Part shown: one piece after another, positions 10,211-20,123 of the stretch
How the letters are laid out: every line of letters starts with the position of its first letter
Position numbering within the stretch: the first letter of the stretch is position 1
Assembly (NCBI GenBank): GCA_017640445.1
Contig: JAEPQQ010000001.1
Location: 56,769-120,768 of the forward strand
Length of the DNA: 64,000 nt
Direction of reading: 5' to 3'
DNA from: Bacteroidia bacterium
GTDB lineage: Bacteria; Bacteroidota; Bacteroidia; NS11-12g; UBA9320
Notes under the pieces: model-generated
Databases searched by the model: none
What the model was told of the DNA's origin: nothing
The model's input: only the letters and a program-made list of their open reading frames with translations
Program-made: the position numbers and the translations under genes

Positions 10211-10624
10211 ATGGCAGGATTGGCTACAAAGGAAACCGACAAAAGTGTAGATGCGTTTATTCAAAGTGTCGAGAACGCATCCAAGCGCGAAGACAGTTTA
10301 GTTTTGGTAAATATGATGAGGGAAGTTACCGGGTGTGAACCCAAAATTTGGGGTGACAACTTCATAATTGGTTTTGGAAAATACACCTATACCCGAAAAG
10401 GTAGTAAAGAGGAGTTTGAATGGTTCAACCTTGGTTTTGCACCAAGAAAGACTAAAATAACTGTCTACCTGACGTTTGACATTAGCAAGGAAGAAGAGCT
10501 TTTGAGTAAACTTGGTAAATCCAAGTGGGGGAAAGGTTGTCTTTATATCAACAAGTTGGCCGATGTGGATCTTACCGTATTGCGGGAACTAATTGTGAAA
10601 AGCAAAGAGGCCACCTGGCACTAA
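10211..10624 (+). CDS. DUF1801 (YdhG-like) domain protein
   Basis: VDAFIQSVENASKREDSLVLVNMMREVTGCEPKIWGDNFIGFGKYTY matches the YdhG-like family pattern. Confidence 0.65.
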   Translation: MAGLATKETDKSVDAFIQSVENASKREDSLVLVNMMREVTGCEPKIWGDNFIIGFGKYTYTRKGSKEEFEWFNLGFAPRKTKITVYLTFDISKEEELLSKLGKSKWGKGCLYINKLADVDLTVLRELIVKSKEATWH

Positions 10625-10717
10625 ACCACAAAAATTATTGATTTCTATGTGGTATGTGTTAGCAAATCTGCATTTAGTGTTACGGTTTCCTATCGGATGA
10701 TCTCAATTTTGTAGTCT

Positions 10718-11635
10718 ATGTCAAAAATGTCAGATCAAGTATATCGAATCGAGTCAATCAGCCAATTGCATGGCCTTATGGGGTTGGGGAAACCCAAACA
10801 CCCTCTAATCTCTATTATCGACACAACAGAAATAGAAGTGACCGAAAATGAAGTGGGTGCACGAATCGTCTACGATTTTTACATGATCGCCATGAAAGAC
10901 AAGAGCTGTGGTGTTGAATATGGCCGAAACTCATTCGATTTCAATGAAGGCGTTATGACGTTTTCTGCACCCGGGCAGGTGTATAAACCAACCCGGGGCA
11001 TTGAAAAGGGAGAAATAAATGGCTGGATGCTTTTTGTGCATCCCGACCTAATCCGAAACACCGGTTTAGGCAGTCAGATGCATGATTACACCTTCTTTGA
11101 CTACGACGTTTTTGAGGCGCTCCACCTTTCAGAAGAGGAGGAACAAACGGTAAACAATAGTGTACTCAATATTCAGCACGAATACGAACAGCGAATCGAC
11201 AACCACAGCCAGCGAGTAATCGTGTCTAATCTCGAACTTCTCCTCAATTATTGCCTGCGTTTCTATGAACGACAGTTCAATACGCGAAGCAATCAAAGTT
11301 CTGGTGTGGTAGTGCAATTCGAAAAGGCCCTCCATCAATACTTTGATCAGGAACTCAACCTGGAACAAGGTCTGCCGTCCATTCAACACTTTGCCGATAT
11401 CGCTCATTTGTCGCAGCACTACTTCAGCGATCTAATAAAAAAAGAAACCGGCAGAAGCACTAAGGACCACATTAATGACTTTGTAGTTGAAAGGGCCAAA
11501 AATCTCTTACTTAGCTCGGATAACTCGGTAAGTGAAATTGCCTACGATCTCGGGTTTAACTACCCACATTATTTTACCAGACTTTTCAAGTCGCGAACTG
11601 GGCATACACCTGTAGAGTTTAGAAACCTTAACTAG
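10718..11635 (+). CDS. AraC-family transcriptional regulator
   Basis: C-terminal AraC HTH: SEIAYDLGFNYPHYFTRLFKSRTGHTPVEFR. Confidence 0.85.
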   Translation: MSKMSDQVYRIESISQLHGLMGLGKPKHPLISIIDTTEIEVTENEVGARIVYDFYMIAMKDKSCGVEYGRNSFDFNEGVMTFSAPGQVYKPTRGIEKGEINGWMLFVHPDLIRNTGLGSQMHDYTFFDYDVFEALHLSEEEEQTVNNSVLNIQHEYEQRIDNHSQRVIVSNLELLLNYCLRFYERQFNTRSNQSSGVVVQFEKALHQYFDQELNLEQGLPSIQHFADIAHLSQHYFSDLIKKETGRSTKDHINDFVVERAKNLLLSSDNSVSEIAYDLGFNYPHYFTRLFKSRTGHTPVEFRNLN

Positions 11636-11650
11636 ACACTTCCTATGTGT

Positions 11651-11685
11651 CTGCGTTTTGTGTAAGCCTTACTGCGTTTTGTGTA
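11651..11685. promoter_or_regulatory. Direct repeat CTGCGTTTTGTGTA x2 spaced 21 bp start-to-start. Candidate AraC-type binding site.
   Basis: Two exact 14-bp copies at 11651-11664 and 11672-11685. They lie between the AraC gene stop and the epimerase gene. Confidence 0.3.
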
Positions 11686-11712
11686 GCTCGAAGCAATAAG
11701 CTGATCGCAACT

Positions 11713-11744
11713 TTGTACTGTTAAACAAATCAAAAACAGTACAA
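11713..11744. promoter_or_regulatory. Perfect 10-bp inverted repeat TTGTACTGTT-N12-AACAGTACAA overlapping the start codon of the epimerase gene
   Basis: Read directly from the sequence. The right arm ends at the A of ATG at 11744. It could be an operator, or an mRNA hairpin occluding the start codon. Confidence 0.35.
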
Positions 11745-12814
11745 TGACACAAATTGATAAATCGAAACCCGTTCTTGTCACCGGAGCCAATGGTTATGTA
11801 GCCAGTTGGTTAGTGAAAATGCTCTTGGAAGATGGTATTACCGTTCATGCGGCAGTACGAGATCCCAAAAACGAAAAAAAGATTGCGCACCTTAAGGAGC
11901 TCGCTGCACATTCAAATGGAGAAATAAAGTTCTTTAAAACCGACTTACTTACTCCAGGTTCGTACACGAGTGCAATGGATGGATGTGAGCTGGTGTACCA
12001 TACCGCTTCTCCTTACACCATAGATGTGAAGGATCCACTGAAGCAACTTGTGGAGCCAGCTTTGCACGGCACAGAAAACGTGTTGAACACAGCAAAGAAA
12101 GTCGCATCCGTAAAACGCGTAGTGGTAACAAGTAGCTGCGCCGCTATTTATACCGATGCGATTGACTCGGTGAACGCGCCAGGTGGTCAACTTACCGAAG
12201 ACGTATGGAATACCACCGCTTCGTTGGAATATCAACCTTATTCGTATTCCAAGACACTAGCGGAGAAGAAGGCATGGGAAATTGCTGAGAGCCAGGATCA
12301 ATGGGATTTGGTTACCATTAATCCGTGTGGAGTTTTTGGCCCTTCTCTTAACCCGAATGCCACTTCCGAGAGTATCAACATCCTTAAGATGTTAGGCGGT
12401 GGAGATATGAAAATGGGGGCTCCCAAAATGGGTTTTGGAATTGTAGACGTTCGTGATGTGGCCGAAGCACATATGAAAGCCGGGTTTGTACCATCTGCAA
12501 GTGGCCGTTACATCACAGCCGGACATAACTCCGACTTTCTCGAAATGGGTACAGTATTATTACCTAAATACGGCGACCAATTTCCTCTTCCCAAAAAGGC
12601 CTTGCCTAAGTGGTTGTTGATGTTAGTTGGTCCTATGACCAACAAATTATTTACCCGACAATTTATTCGGAACAACGTAAATGTGCCCTGGAGGGCCGAC
12701 AATTCTAAAATCAAAAAAGAACTGGGTATCGAATTCCGACCATTAAAAGAAACTATGGAAGATTCGTTTCAGTCGTTAATCGATGACGGCATTTTAACCC
12801 CAAAGAAAAAATAA
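11744..12814 (+). CDS. NAD(P)-dependent epimerase/dehydratase of the aldehyde/flavonol reductase type
   Basis: N-terminal Rossmann motif VLVTGANGYVASWLVKMLLEDG and an extended SDR catalytic YSYSK. Confidence 0.8.
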   Translation: MTQIDKSKPVLVTGANGYVASWLVKMLLEDGITVHAAVRDPKNEKKIAHLKELAAHSNGEIKFFKTDLLTPGSYTSAMDGCELVYHTASPYTIDVKDPLKQLVEPALHGTENVLNTAKKVASVKRVVVTSSCAAIYTDAIDSVNAPGGQLTEDVWNTTASLEYQPYSYSKTLAEKKAWEIAESQDQWDLVTINPCGVFGPSLNPNATSESINILKMLGGGDMKMGAPKMGFGIVDVRDVAEAHMKAGFVPSASGRYITAGHNSDFLEMGTVLLPKYGDQFPLPKKALPKWLLMLVGPMTNKLFTRQFIRNNVNVPWRADNSKIKKELGIEFRPLKETMEDSFQSLIDDGILTPKKK

Positions 12815-12820
12815 TTCGAA

Positions 12821-13642
12821 ATGAAAAAGACAATATTAATTACAGGTTCGAGCACCGGAATTGGCCGCGCTACCGTGAAGAGGTTTCAGGAAGAAGGGTG
12901 GTCGGTTGTGGCTACCATGCGATCTCCTGAAAAAGAAGAAGAACTGCAAAACCTCGAAAATGTTCTCGTAACCCGACTGGATGTGTTGAATTAAGCCTCA
13001 ATTAAAACTGCATTCGCTAAAGGAATTGAGCGCTTCGGTCAGGTCGATGTAGTGTTGAATAACGCCGGTTATGGCCTAATGGGAACGTTTGAATCGGCCA
13101 GCAGAGAAAGTGTTGAGCGGCAGTTCGGAGTTAATGTATTGGGTTTGTTTGATGTTACCCGAACTGCGCTTCCTCACTTTCGATCGAACCAAAGTGGAAT
13201 GTTCATCAATATTTCATCAATTGGAGGAAAGATGACCTTCCCAATTATGCCTCTTTACCACTCCACCAAATTTGCGGTGGAAGGGTTTAGCGAATCATTG
13301 CACTACGAAATGGCTCCCATCGGTGTTAAGGTTAAGATCGTTGAGCCTGGTGGGGTCGCCACGGATTTTGGTGGACGATCACTCGACTTCCAACACGACG
13401 AGTCGTTGGAAGAATACAATGGTTTTGTGAGTCAGGTAATGGGTACGTTTGAGAACATGATGAACCCAAATACCATGAGCACGCCGGAAATGATAGCAGA
13501 CGTTATTTACACCGCCGCTACAGACGAAAAAGACACTCTGAGATATAGAGCGGGTGCAGACGCAGAACAACTTCTTTCTGCCCGCCAACAAATGGACGAC
13601 GGACAGTTTATCGGAATGATGAAACAGCAACTTAGTTTGTAG
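12821..13642 (+). pseudogene. Classical SDR oxidoreductase interrupted by an in-frame TAA at 12992-12994
   Basis: MKKTILITGSSTGIGRATV (TGxxxGIG) ... LDVLN, then TAA, then ASIKTAFAKGIERFGQVDVVLNNAGYG, all in one frame. The YHSTK catalytic motif lies downstream. Without the stop this is a 273-aa SDR. Confidence 0.6.
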
Positions 13643-13675
13643 AGCGTAACAAACGAATTTGTGTCGATAAACAAA

Positions 13676-13709
13676 GCGGGTCAGGCAAGTTGTCTGACCC
13701 GCTTTTTAT
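13676..13709 (+). terminator. Rho-independent terminator after the SDR gene
   Basis: Stem GCGGGTCAG, a 9-nt loop, stem CTGACCCGC, then TTTTT. Confidence 0.6.
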
Positions 13710-13782
13710 TGAAGTGAACAGACAGTTGTGCGTTTTTCACACTTTCAATCTTATACTTGTGTGGATCTAACGAGCCATCCAC

Positions 13783-14619
13783 ATGACAGCATATCTTAAC
13801 GCTTCATTCGACTATACAACCGATGAACTGGTTGGGAGCTATGACGACCTCCCGGTCTGGTCGTCTGTTCCGGGAAATCTTCTTCTTGAACACCTGCACT
13901 ATTCTGAGAATCAAACCGTCGTTGACATTGGCCCGGGTACCGGTTTCCCACTATTGCCTATGGCAGCACGATTCGGTTCATCGTCGAGAGTTTATGGTGT
14001 TGATCTGTGGGAATCGGCATTAAAAAGAGTAAAGGAGAAGATTAGAGTCCGAAATGTAAGGAACGTAGAACTGTACAAGACCAATGCCTCCGAAATGCCG
14101 TTCTCAGCCCAGTCCGTTGACATGGTCACCTCTAACCTGGGAATCAATAATTTTGAGCAACCGGATGAAGTAGTGCAGGAGTGTTTCCGTATTCTGAAAC
14201 CCGGTGGATATCTGTATCTCACCTCCAACCTGGTCGGTACGTTTTCAAGATTCTATGATGAATTTGTATCCGTAGTCAAAGAAGTTGGTAGCATTCAAAC
14301 ACTGAACCAACTACAACAACACGTTGACGCGCGAGCAACAAGCCAGAGGCTTGATTCGCTGTTTACACAACATGGTTTTTTAAATCATTCAACCATAGAA
14401 ACGATTTATTCCATAACCTACTGCAATGGCAGTGCTTTTTTAAACGACTATTTCATAATTATGGCCTTTTTGCCATCGTGGAAGGAGATAGTGCCTCAAG
14501 AGCAGCATGAACAAATCTTTAGCCAGTTGGAGGATCGACTTAATAAAATAGCGGAAGAAGAAAACGGCTTAAAACTTGACGTACCAATTGCCTTGAAGGT
14601 GTTTCAGCGAGATGCATAG
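13783..14619 (+). CDS. Class I SAM-dependent methyltransferase
   Basis: VVDIGPGTGFPLL motif I and VDMVTSNLGINNF. Confidence 0.7.
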   Translation: MTAYLNASFDYTTDELVGSYDDLPVWSSVPGNLLLEHLHYSENQTVVDIGPGTGFPLLPMAARFGSSSRVYGVDLWESALKRVKEKIRVRNVRNVELYKTNASEMPFSAQSVDMVTSNLGINNFEQPDEVVQECFRILKPGGYLYLTSNLVGTFSRFYDEFVSVVKEVGSIQTLNQLQQHVDARATSQRLDSLFTQHGFLNHSTIETIYSITYCNGSAFLNDYFIIMAFLPSWKEIVPQEQHEQIFSQLEDRLNKIAEEENGLKLDVPIALKVFQRDA

Positions 14620-14651
14620 AACCATATCTTTGACAACAAAAAAGAGCACCT

Positions 14652-15020
14652 ATGGACCGTTTTATGGTGAACATTGCAACAGCAGAACTAAATAGAACGA
14701 AAGACTTCTATGTTCGTTTATTTGGGTTTCAGGTAGAGTACGACAGCGATTGGTTTGTACACCTCGAATCTGCAGATACTCAGCTTGAACTTGGAATAAT
14801 CCTGGAAAACAATGAATATGTTCCCGATGGCGTCAGAGGAGGCCACAAAGGGTTTTATCTGACGTTTGTTGTAAGTGACCTCGATCAAACGCAGTCCGTA
14901 GCAGTGGAACAGGGTTATAAGATCGTTGAGGAGCCAAAAGACACCGCCTATGGTCAACGGAGAATGCTGTTGAACGATCCCAATGGCGTTGCGGTTGATG
15001 TTTCTTCGCCCGTTTCATAA
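14652..15020 (+). CDS. VOC/glyoxalase-family protein
   Basis: TKDFYVRLFGFQVEYDSDWFVHLE glyoxalase-like motifs. Confidence 0.6.
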   Translation: MDRFMVNIATAELNRTKDFYVRLFGFQVEYDSDWFVHLESADTQLELGIILENNEYVPDGVRGGHKGFYLTFVVSDLDQTQSVAVEQGYKIVEEPKDTAYGQRRMLLNDPNGVAVDVSSPVS

Positions 15021-15176
15021 CTAAAGCAATGAGTTTTCTTTTTCATTGTTAGGTCAATAAAGTTATTTGTTCAAATACCGCTGCGCATTTGAACTAAATT
15101 CTCTTAAACTTTGCACCGACAACCAAGCCCATCAGACATCATCCCGTCAAATGGGCACAAACCAACTTAAAGCAAA

Positions 15177-15722
15177 ATGAATATTGATTTGAATAACCCA
15201 TGGCACAAGGTGCCTATTGGTGATAATGCACCCGAAATTGTAAACGGCATAATTGAAATTCCAAAGAACACCAGAGCCAAGTATGAATTGGACAAGGAAT
15301 CTGGCCTGTTAGTAATGGATCGCGTGATCTATTCCTCGATGTATTATCCGGCCAACTATGGCTTTATACCCAAGACGTACTGCGATGACAAAGACCCTTT
15401 AGATATATTGGTGCTGTCGCAAATTGAAATCGTTCCTATGTGCATTGTGTCGGCAAAAGTTATTGGTGTAATGCGAATGATCGATGAAGGAGAACACGAC
15501 GATAAGATTATCGCCGTTGCTGAGAATGATATGAGTGTCAATCACATCAGCGATATAAGCGAACTGCCAGCTCACTTCTTTAAGGAGTTGAAGACGTTTT
15601 TTGAAGACTATAAAAAACTTGAGAATAAGACAGTAGAGATTGAAGAATTTCAGAATGCCGCAACCGCACGAGCCATTGTAGAACAAAGCGTTCGTGATTA
15701 TAATGAATACATAAGTAGTTAG
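15177..15722 (+). CDS. ppa: Inorganic pyrophosphatase
   Basis: [40 protein letters not shown] and the 181-aa size match family I PPase. Confidence 0.9.
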   Translation: MNIDLNNPWHKVPIGDNAPEIVNGIIEIPKNTRAKYELDKESGLLVMDRVIYSSMYYPANYGFIPKTYCDDKDPLDILVLSQIEIVPMCIVSAKVIGVMRMIDEGEHDDKIIAVAENDMSVNHISDISELPAHFFKELKTFFEDYKKLENKTVEIEEFQNAATARAIVEQSVRDYNEYISS

Positions 15723-15741
15723 AACTAATAAAGCCAAAACC

Positions 15742-16272
15742 ATGGAAGGAATGTATCACAAAGAAAACTACCTCGACAACCCGTCAGAACTGTTGACGTA
15801 TCTCAAGGAGAATATAGCATGGGATGATCGGATGAAAGCCAGGAAGACAGCCAGTTACGGAGTTGCCTATAACTATTCTGAGATTTCATACCCATTTCAG
15901 GAGTTCCCTGATGAGTTGGAAACTGTCCGTAGGTCTATTGAAGAAATACTTGGGTTTTGTCCAAATAACTGTTTACTCAATTATTATCTCACCGGAGATT
16001 CTACCATGGGGTATCATTCCGATCAGGTTGATATATTGGAGGAAGGTACAGGAGTCGCAATTTTGTCGCTCGGCGCTTCGCGAGTCTTGCGATTTCGTAG
16101 TATCACCAACAAAGAGATAAAACATGACGTTGTGTTACATCATGGATCGTTGTTTTATATGGAAAATGAGATACAAGAGCGTTGGCAGCACGCCATTCCG
16201 AAATCAGACAGTAAGCAGGCCAGGATAAGCCTTACGTTTAGAAAAATTCGTGATGATGAGAACTGGAATTGA
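15742..16272 (+). CDS. 2OG-Fe(II) oxygenase, AlkB-like
   Basis: GYHSDQVDILEEGTGVAILSLGASRVLRFR and HAIPK carry the HxD...H plus Arg signatures. Confidence 0.7.
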   Translation: MEGMYHKENYLDNPSELLTYLKENIAWDDRMKARKTASYGVAYNYSEISYPFQEFPDELETVRRSIEEILGFCPNNCLLNYYLTGDSTMGYHSDQVDILEEGTGVAILSLGASRVLRFRSITNKEIKHDVVLHHGSLFYMENEIQERWQHAIPKSDSKQARISLTFRKIRDDENWN

Positions 16273-16927
16273 GTATACCACACTGTTGCTGTTTTTCGTT
16301 TTGCTGGTTTCTTGTACAAATAACAAACAACCCAGCCTTGCCGAGGCAGATCGGCAAGAGGCCGATACGAACCATTTCAAGAACGTAGACAAAGTGGAGG
16401 TGTATGGTGATAGTTTACGAATTGAATATGAATTCCGGGGCGACACCATTGTTGAGCACCGAATTGACTTGAAAGGAATACATGATGATGGATTTGATAA
16501 CACGTTCACGGCTGTTAGAACGACTAAAAATAGAGAGAGTTCCAGACTTGAGTGTTCCGAAGCGTTTAACCTGTGGTTTGGAGAGGTAAGCTTTCAATTT
16601 TGCAAGGAAGAGGCACGCTCATACTACGATAGCCTGGCCCGATATGGAAACCAACGGGACAGCCAGAACGCCAGGGAGGTTTTGAAGAATTTGGAAGGCG
16701 TCTTTACGCCCAGGGATCAGGGAATCGTTGAAATCAACTTCTTTCTACCGTTGATGTTGATCCAGCATCTAAGATTTAAGGCCATGGACTCAATTTCATC
16801 AAAGGAGGTAGCTCGCATTGCCATTGAGTCGTATGAAACAGAGTTTTCAGGCGGAAAAAACTATTATGTGATTGACGGTGGAGGTGACACTATGTACATG
16901 TTCCACCAAAACGAATATATGAGATGA
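16250..16927 (+). CDS. Hypothetical secreted protein
   Basis: Signal TTLLLFFVLLVSCTNN. The first Met overlaps the AlkB-like gene. Confidence 0.45.
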   Translation: MMMRTGIEYTTLLLFFVLLVSCTNNKQPSLAEADRQEADTNHFKNVDKVEVYGDSLRIEYEFRGDTIVEHRIDLKGIHDDGFDNTFTAVRTTKNRESSRLECSEAFNLWFGEVSFQFCKEEARSYYDSLARYGNQRDSQNAREVLKNLEGVFTPRDQGIVEINFFLPLMLIQHLRFKAMDSISSKEVARIAIESYETEFSGGKNYYVIDGGGDTMYMFHQNEYMR

Positions 16928-17889
16928 GTACCATCAACATAAACCGACATACGATTAACTTAGACCTCCCACCAGGTCAACGATGGCAGTTCCTGAAGGC
17001 ATACCAAGGCGAAATGAAGGAGTTGTTCTCCTGCTATTTAAAAGACTTTGAAGGAGCCGATTACTTGCTGCCTGCCATAGATCTATATAAAGCGGAAGTC
17101 GTTTCTCAAGAATATCTTGAAGAAATCGAGTCCATAGCCTTGCTTACCGGGTTTACTCCAAACGAAACCCTGCTTGCCAATCTCTATTACGATGTGCTTA
17201 AAGCCTATCTGGGTTGCACGGCATTTGCGCACGAAGCCAATGGTAGAATGTTTCATTCGAGAAACCTGGATTGGTGGACCGACCACAATATCCTGAGTAA
17301 ACATTCGATGATCTTCGATTTTCAACGAGAGGGAAGAACCTGCTTTAGTGCAGTCGGTTGGCCAGGCTTTATTGGCGTACTTTCCGGAGTAAAATCAGGA
17401 GCATTTTCCTTAACGTTAAACGCAGTTTTGGGAACAGACAGCGCTGAATTGGCCACACCGGTGACCTTTCTGCTACGCGATGTTTTGGATCAGTCAGGTT
17501 CGTTCAGCATGGCGAAAGAAGTACTGGAAAATAAGACGATTGCGAGCGACTGTTTATTACTGTTATCGGGCACATCTGTTGAAGAAATGGCAGTAATCGA
17601 AAGGAGTCCAAAGAGGTCGGCGGTCCGAACATCAGATGCCGGACACATTGCGGTTACCAACGACTACAAGCTTTTGAAAAACGAGTTGGACGAAACCAAT
17701 CCATTGCAGTCAACTTCCTGCGCTCGATACGATAGAGCAATGGAAAGACTAAAACGCCAACATCCCATGGATCCGGACCAATGTTTCAGCATTCTTCAGG
17801 ACCAGGAGGTGATGATGGGTATAACCGTCCAGCAGATGGTATTCGATACCATCAAAGGGGATATCTACCTTAAGACAACTAATACTTAA
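16924..17889 (+). CDS. Ntn-hydrolase superfamily protein, acid-ceramidase/NAAA- or C45-like
   Basis: GCTAFAHEANGRMFHSRNLDW carries a candidate N-terminal nucleophile Cys, and the 321-aa size fits. The assignment is tentative. Confidence 0.5.
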   Translation: MSTININRHTINLDLPPGQRWQFLKAYQGEMKELFSCYLKDFEGADYLLPAIDLYKAEVVSQEYLEEIESIALLTGFTPNETLLANLYYDVLKAYLGCTAFAHEANGRMFHSRNLDWWTDHNILSKHSMIFDFQREGRTCFSAVGWPGFIGVLSGVKSGAFSLTLNAVLGTDSAELATPVTFLLRDVLDQSGSFSMAKEVLENKTIASDCLLLLSGTSVEEMAVIERSPKRSAVRTSDAGHIAVTNDYKLLKNELDETNPLQSTSCARYDRAMERLKRQHPMDPDQCFSILQDQEVMMGITVQQMVFDTIKGDIYLKTTNT

Positions 17890-19057
17890 TTACCTGAGAT
17901 ACATGACGTGTGCCGTCGCTCAGTTGTATTAGAATCCAGTAGGAGCCAGGAAGTATGGCTTCCGTATTTAGGTTGCCGGAAGTAGATGAAACCAACGTTC
18001 TTCCAAAAGCGTCAACGAGTTCCGCTTTTTTAAGTTCTCCTTCATACTGCAGCTGAATCTTGTCGTTAAACGGATTTGGAAATGGCCGAAGCGTTGAGAT
18101 TGAGGAGGCCTCGATTCCACCTATCGCCGGATTGGAGCAGAATGCCTTGCTGTGTCCGGAAGAATCGGTGAATGACAGCAGTTTTGTCCAAATGAAATCA
18201 CGTACGTTCTCGTATCGATCAGCAATCAATGGCTCAATGATGGAGGGAGGTTTGTACGTATTTGGAGTGGGTTGTTCGTAAAGCGCCATATAGGTAACCA
18301 TCGCTGCCAAGAAATAAGTAGTTGCTTTTCCGTGGGGAGCGTCATCCTCGTATAGGGAATCTACTGGTATGGTATTATAGGGAGATGTCTGAAGAAGTTC
18401 ACTGATGATTGGACCAACAGGTATCATTCGAACGCAATGATCTGGGTGTGCAAACCGCAGGGAGTCATGATATTCTAAAAACCACGTATGGAAGTCATTT
18501 TGCAGGTAATCGTTATAGTTCTTCCATTCTTCAGCCGTTGGCGGGAATCCGCTGGCAAGGTAAGGTCCCATGTCCGGCCAGTTCTCATAAACGTAAAATG
18601 AAATATCACTGGTCTCCTTTTTTACCCAGTTGAAAATTCGATTGGTATAGTCAAGCGGTGATAAAGTATCCTGATAATAATTAACAGACGGGCCTTGCCA
18701 TTGAATAAAATTGCCCGGGGTGATCATGATGTTGTCGAAATCTGCTTCCGAAAACGACTCACTGTCGGAGTCCCATGCTGGTGTTACATGGTCAAAACCC
18801 CATTGGGCAAAAGGTGGCAGGTTGGCGTGTTGAGGAATAAAGCCATATTGGCCACTCATTGCATAAGAAACCTCAGCTTCCTCAGCCAGGAAGTGTAACC
18901 AGTGTGGAACAGAAGTCTCCTGGCTCGGCGTAGGATTCACCTGTAACTCATGGTGAATCAGACTATGACCAAATATAAACGATCGAATACTGTTCTGAGC
19001 GTTCGAAATCTGAAACACGAATAGAATTGATATAAAGAGGATCGGTCTAACATTCAT
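17879..19057 (-). CDS. Secreted protein with a T9SS C-terminal sorting domain. Translation starts at an internal Met of the listed ORF.
   Basis: Signal MNVRPILFISILFVFQISNAQ at Met 40 of the ORF. The C-terminus RPFPNPFNDKIQLQYEG...VDAFGRTLVS...PGSYWILIQLSDGTRHVSQVIKY matches the Por-secretion tail pattern. Confidence 0.7.
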   Translation of the reverse strand: MNVRPILFISILFVFQISNAQNSIRSFIFGHSLIHHELQVNPTPSQETSVPHWLHFLAEEAEVSYAMSGQYGFIPQHANLPPFAQWGFDHVTPAWDSDSESFSEADFDNIMITPGNFIQWQGPSVNYYQDTLSPLDYTNRIFNWVKKETSDISFYVYENWPDMGPYLASGFPPTAEEWKNYNDYLQNDFHTWFLEYHDSLRFAHPDHCVRMIPVGPIISELLQTSPYNTIPVDSLYEDDAPHGKATTYFLAAMVTYMALYEQPTPNTYKPPSIIEPLIADRYENVRDFIWTKLLSFTDSSGHSKAFCSNPAIGGIEASSISTLRPFPNPFNDKIQLQYEGELKKAELVDAFGRTLVSSTSGNLNTEAILPGSYWILIQLSDGTRHVSQVIKY

Positions 19058-19213
19058 AACCACGGGTAGGTTGTATGACAAAAATAGGGTAACAAATACG
19101 AGACACGCAATATCGACAAAATGATGCAGGCCGGATTGTTCAACTGTTTTGTCAATAAAATTGAGCCCGTTCATGGCAACATGTAAAAAAAATCAGTTAT
19201 TTGGATACCAACT

Positions 19214-19642
19214 ATGGCAGAATTCAACTTTAAATCAAATCCGGAAGTCGCAAAAATCTTTGATGCATATCCAGAACACGTAAGAGGGTATATGAGGAAA
19301 TTGCGTGATCTGGTTATTAATGTAGCTGAAGGACACGACGAAATTACGGGGCTGGAGGAGACGCTCAAATGGGGTGAACCCAGTTACGTAACTAAACACG
19401 GTAGTACACTGCGGATGGATTGGAAACAACGATTCCCTAACCAATACGCCATGTACTTCAATTGCAACTCAGGCCTAGTGTCAACGTTTCGTATGGTGCA
19501 TGGAAGTGATCTGGATTTTGAGGGAAATCGGGCAGTAATTCTTAAGGTGGATGAAGAATACCCGGAAGCCGTACTGCGGAATTGCATTGAAGCGGCTCTG
19601 CGATATCACAAAGTCAAAAAACTTCCAATGTTGGGGATGTAA
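19214..19642 (+). CDS. DUF1801 domain protein
   Basis: IFDAYPEHVRGYMRKLRDLV...KWGEPSY pattern. Confidence 0.6.
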   Translation: MAEFNFKSNPEVAKIFDAYPEHVRGYMRKLRDLVINVAEGHDEITGLEETLKWGEPSYVTKHGSTLRMDWKQRFPNQYAMYFNCNSGLVSTFRMVHGSDLDFEGNRAVILKVDEEYPEAVLRNCIEAALRYHKVKKLPMLGM

Positions 19643-19654
19643 AATAGTATACGA

Positions 19655-20119
19655 ATGAACAAAGCTAAGTCACTGGCAAACCGCACCCGAGAAGTCTTCC
19701 TCAATGGAGAAAGGGTGGCGTTTACGAATTACAAGAAACTCTTGAGCGATGTGAGTTTTGAACAGGCAACCAGCAAGGTTGGAGATTTAAACACAATAGC
19801 CGCGTTGACGTTCCACGTTAATTACTACGTGGAAGGCCTGGTCAACGTGTTTAAGGGTGGGCCGTTGGATATTCGAGACAAATACAGCTTCGATATGCCT
19901 CCAATCAATTCGGAGGAAGACTGGATTCAACTACGCAGCGCACTTCTTAAGTATGGAGCTGAATTTGCCGATCTGGTTGACCAGTTTTCTGATGAAAAAC
20001 TAGAGTCTCCGTTTATCGATGAGAAGTACGGAAACTATAGCCAGAACATCGAAATAATAATAGAGCATAGTTATTATCACCTTGGTCAGGTTTCGTTGAT
20101 TAAGAAGATGACTTCGTGA
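19655..20119 (+). CDS. DinB/DUF1572-family protein
   Basis: Size and the terminal HSYYHLGQVSLIKK motif, which resembles a DinB_2 His triad. Confidence 0.55.
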   Translation: MNKAKSLANRTREVFLNGERVAFTNYKKLLSDVSFEQATSKVGDLNTIAALTFHVNYYVEGLVNVFKGGPLDIRDKYSFDMPPINSEEDWIQLRSALLKYGAEFADLVDQFSDEKLESPFIDEKYGNYSQNIEIIIEHSYYHLGQVSLIKKMTS

Positions 20120-20123
20120 GTAA

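Noticed and set aside
11651-11685. Two copies of a 14-bp direct repeat considered as a possible CRISPR or mini-repeat array
   Set aside because: There are only two copies with a 7-bp spacer and no cas genes. It is better explained as a regulator binding site.
12992-12994. In-frame TAA in the SDR gene as possible stop-codon recoding or an alternative genetic code
   Set aside because: TAA terminates many clearly intact genes in this window (e.g. gcvT and trxA), so a global reassignment is excluded. Nothing suggests local recoding signals. Pseudogene or sequencing error is simpler.
15100-15176. Possible Bacteroidota -7 promoter element near TAAACTTTG upstream of ppa
   Set aside because: It does not fit TAnnTTTG exactly and there is no clear -33 TTG at suitable spacing. 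It is too weak to call.
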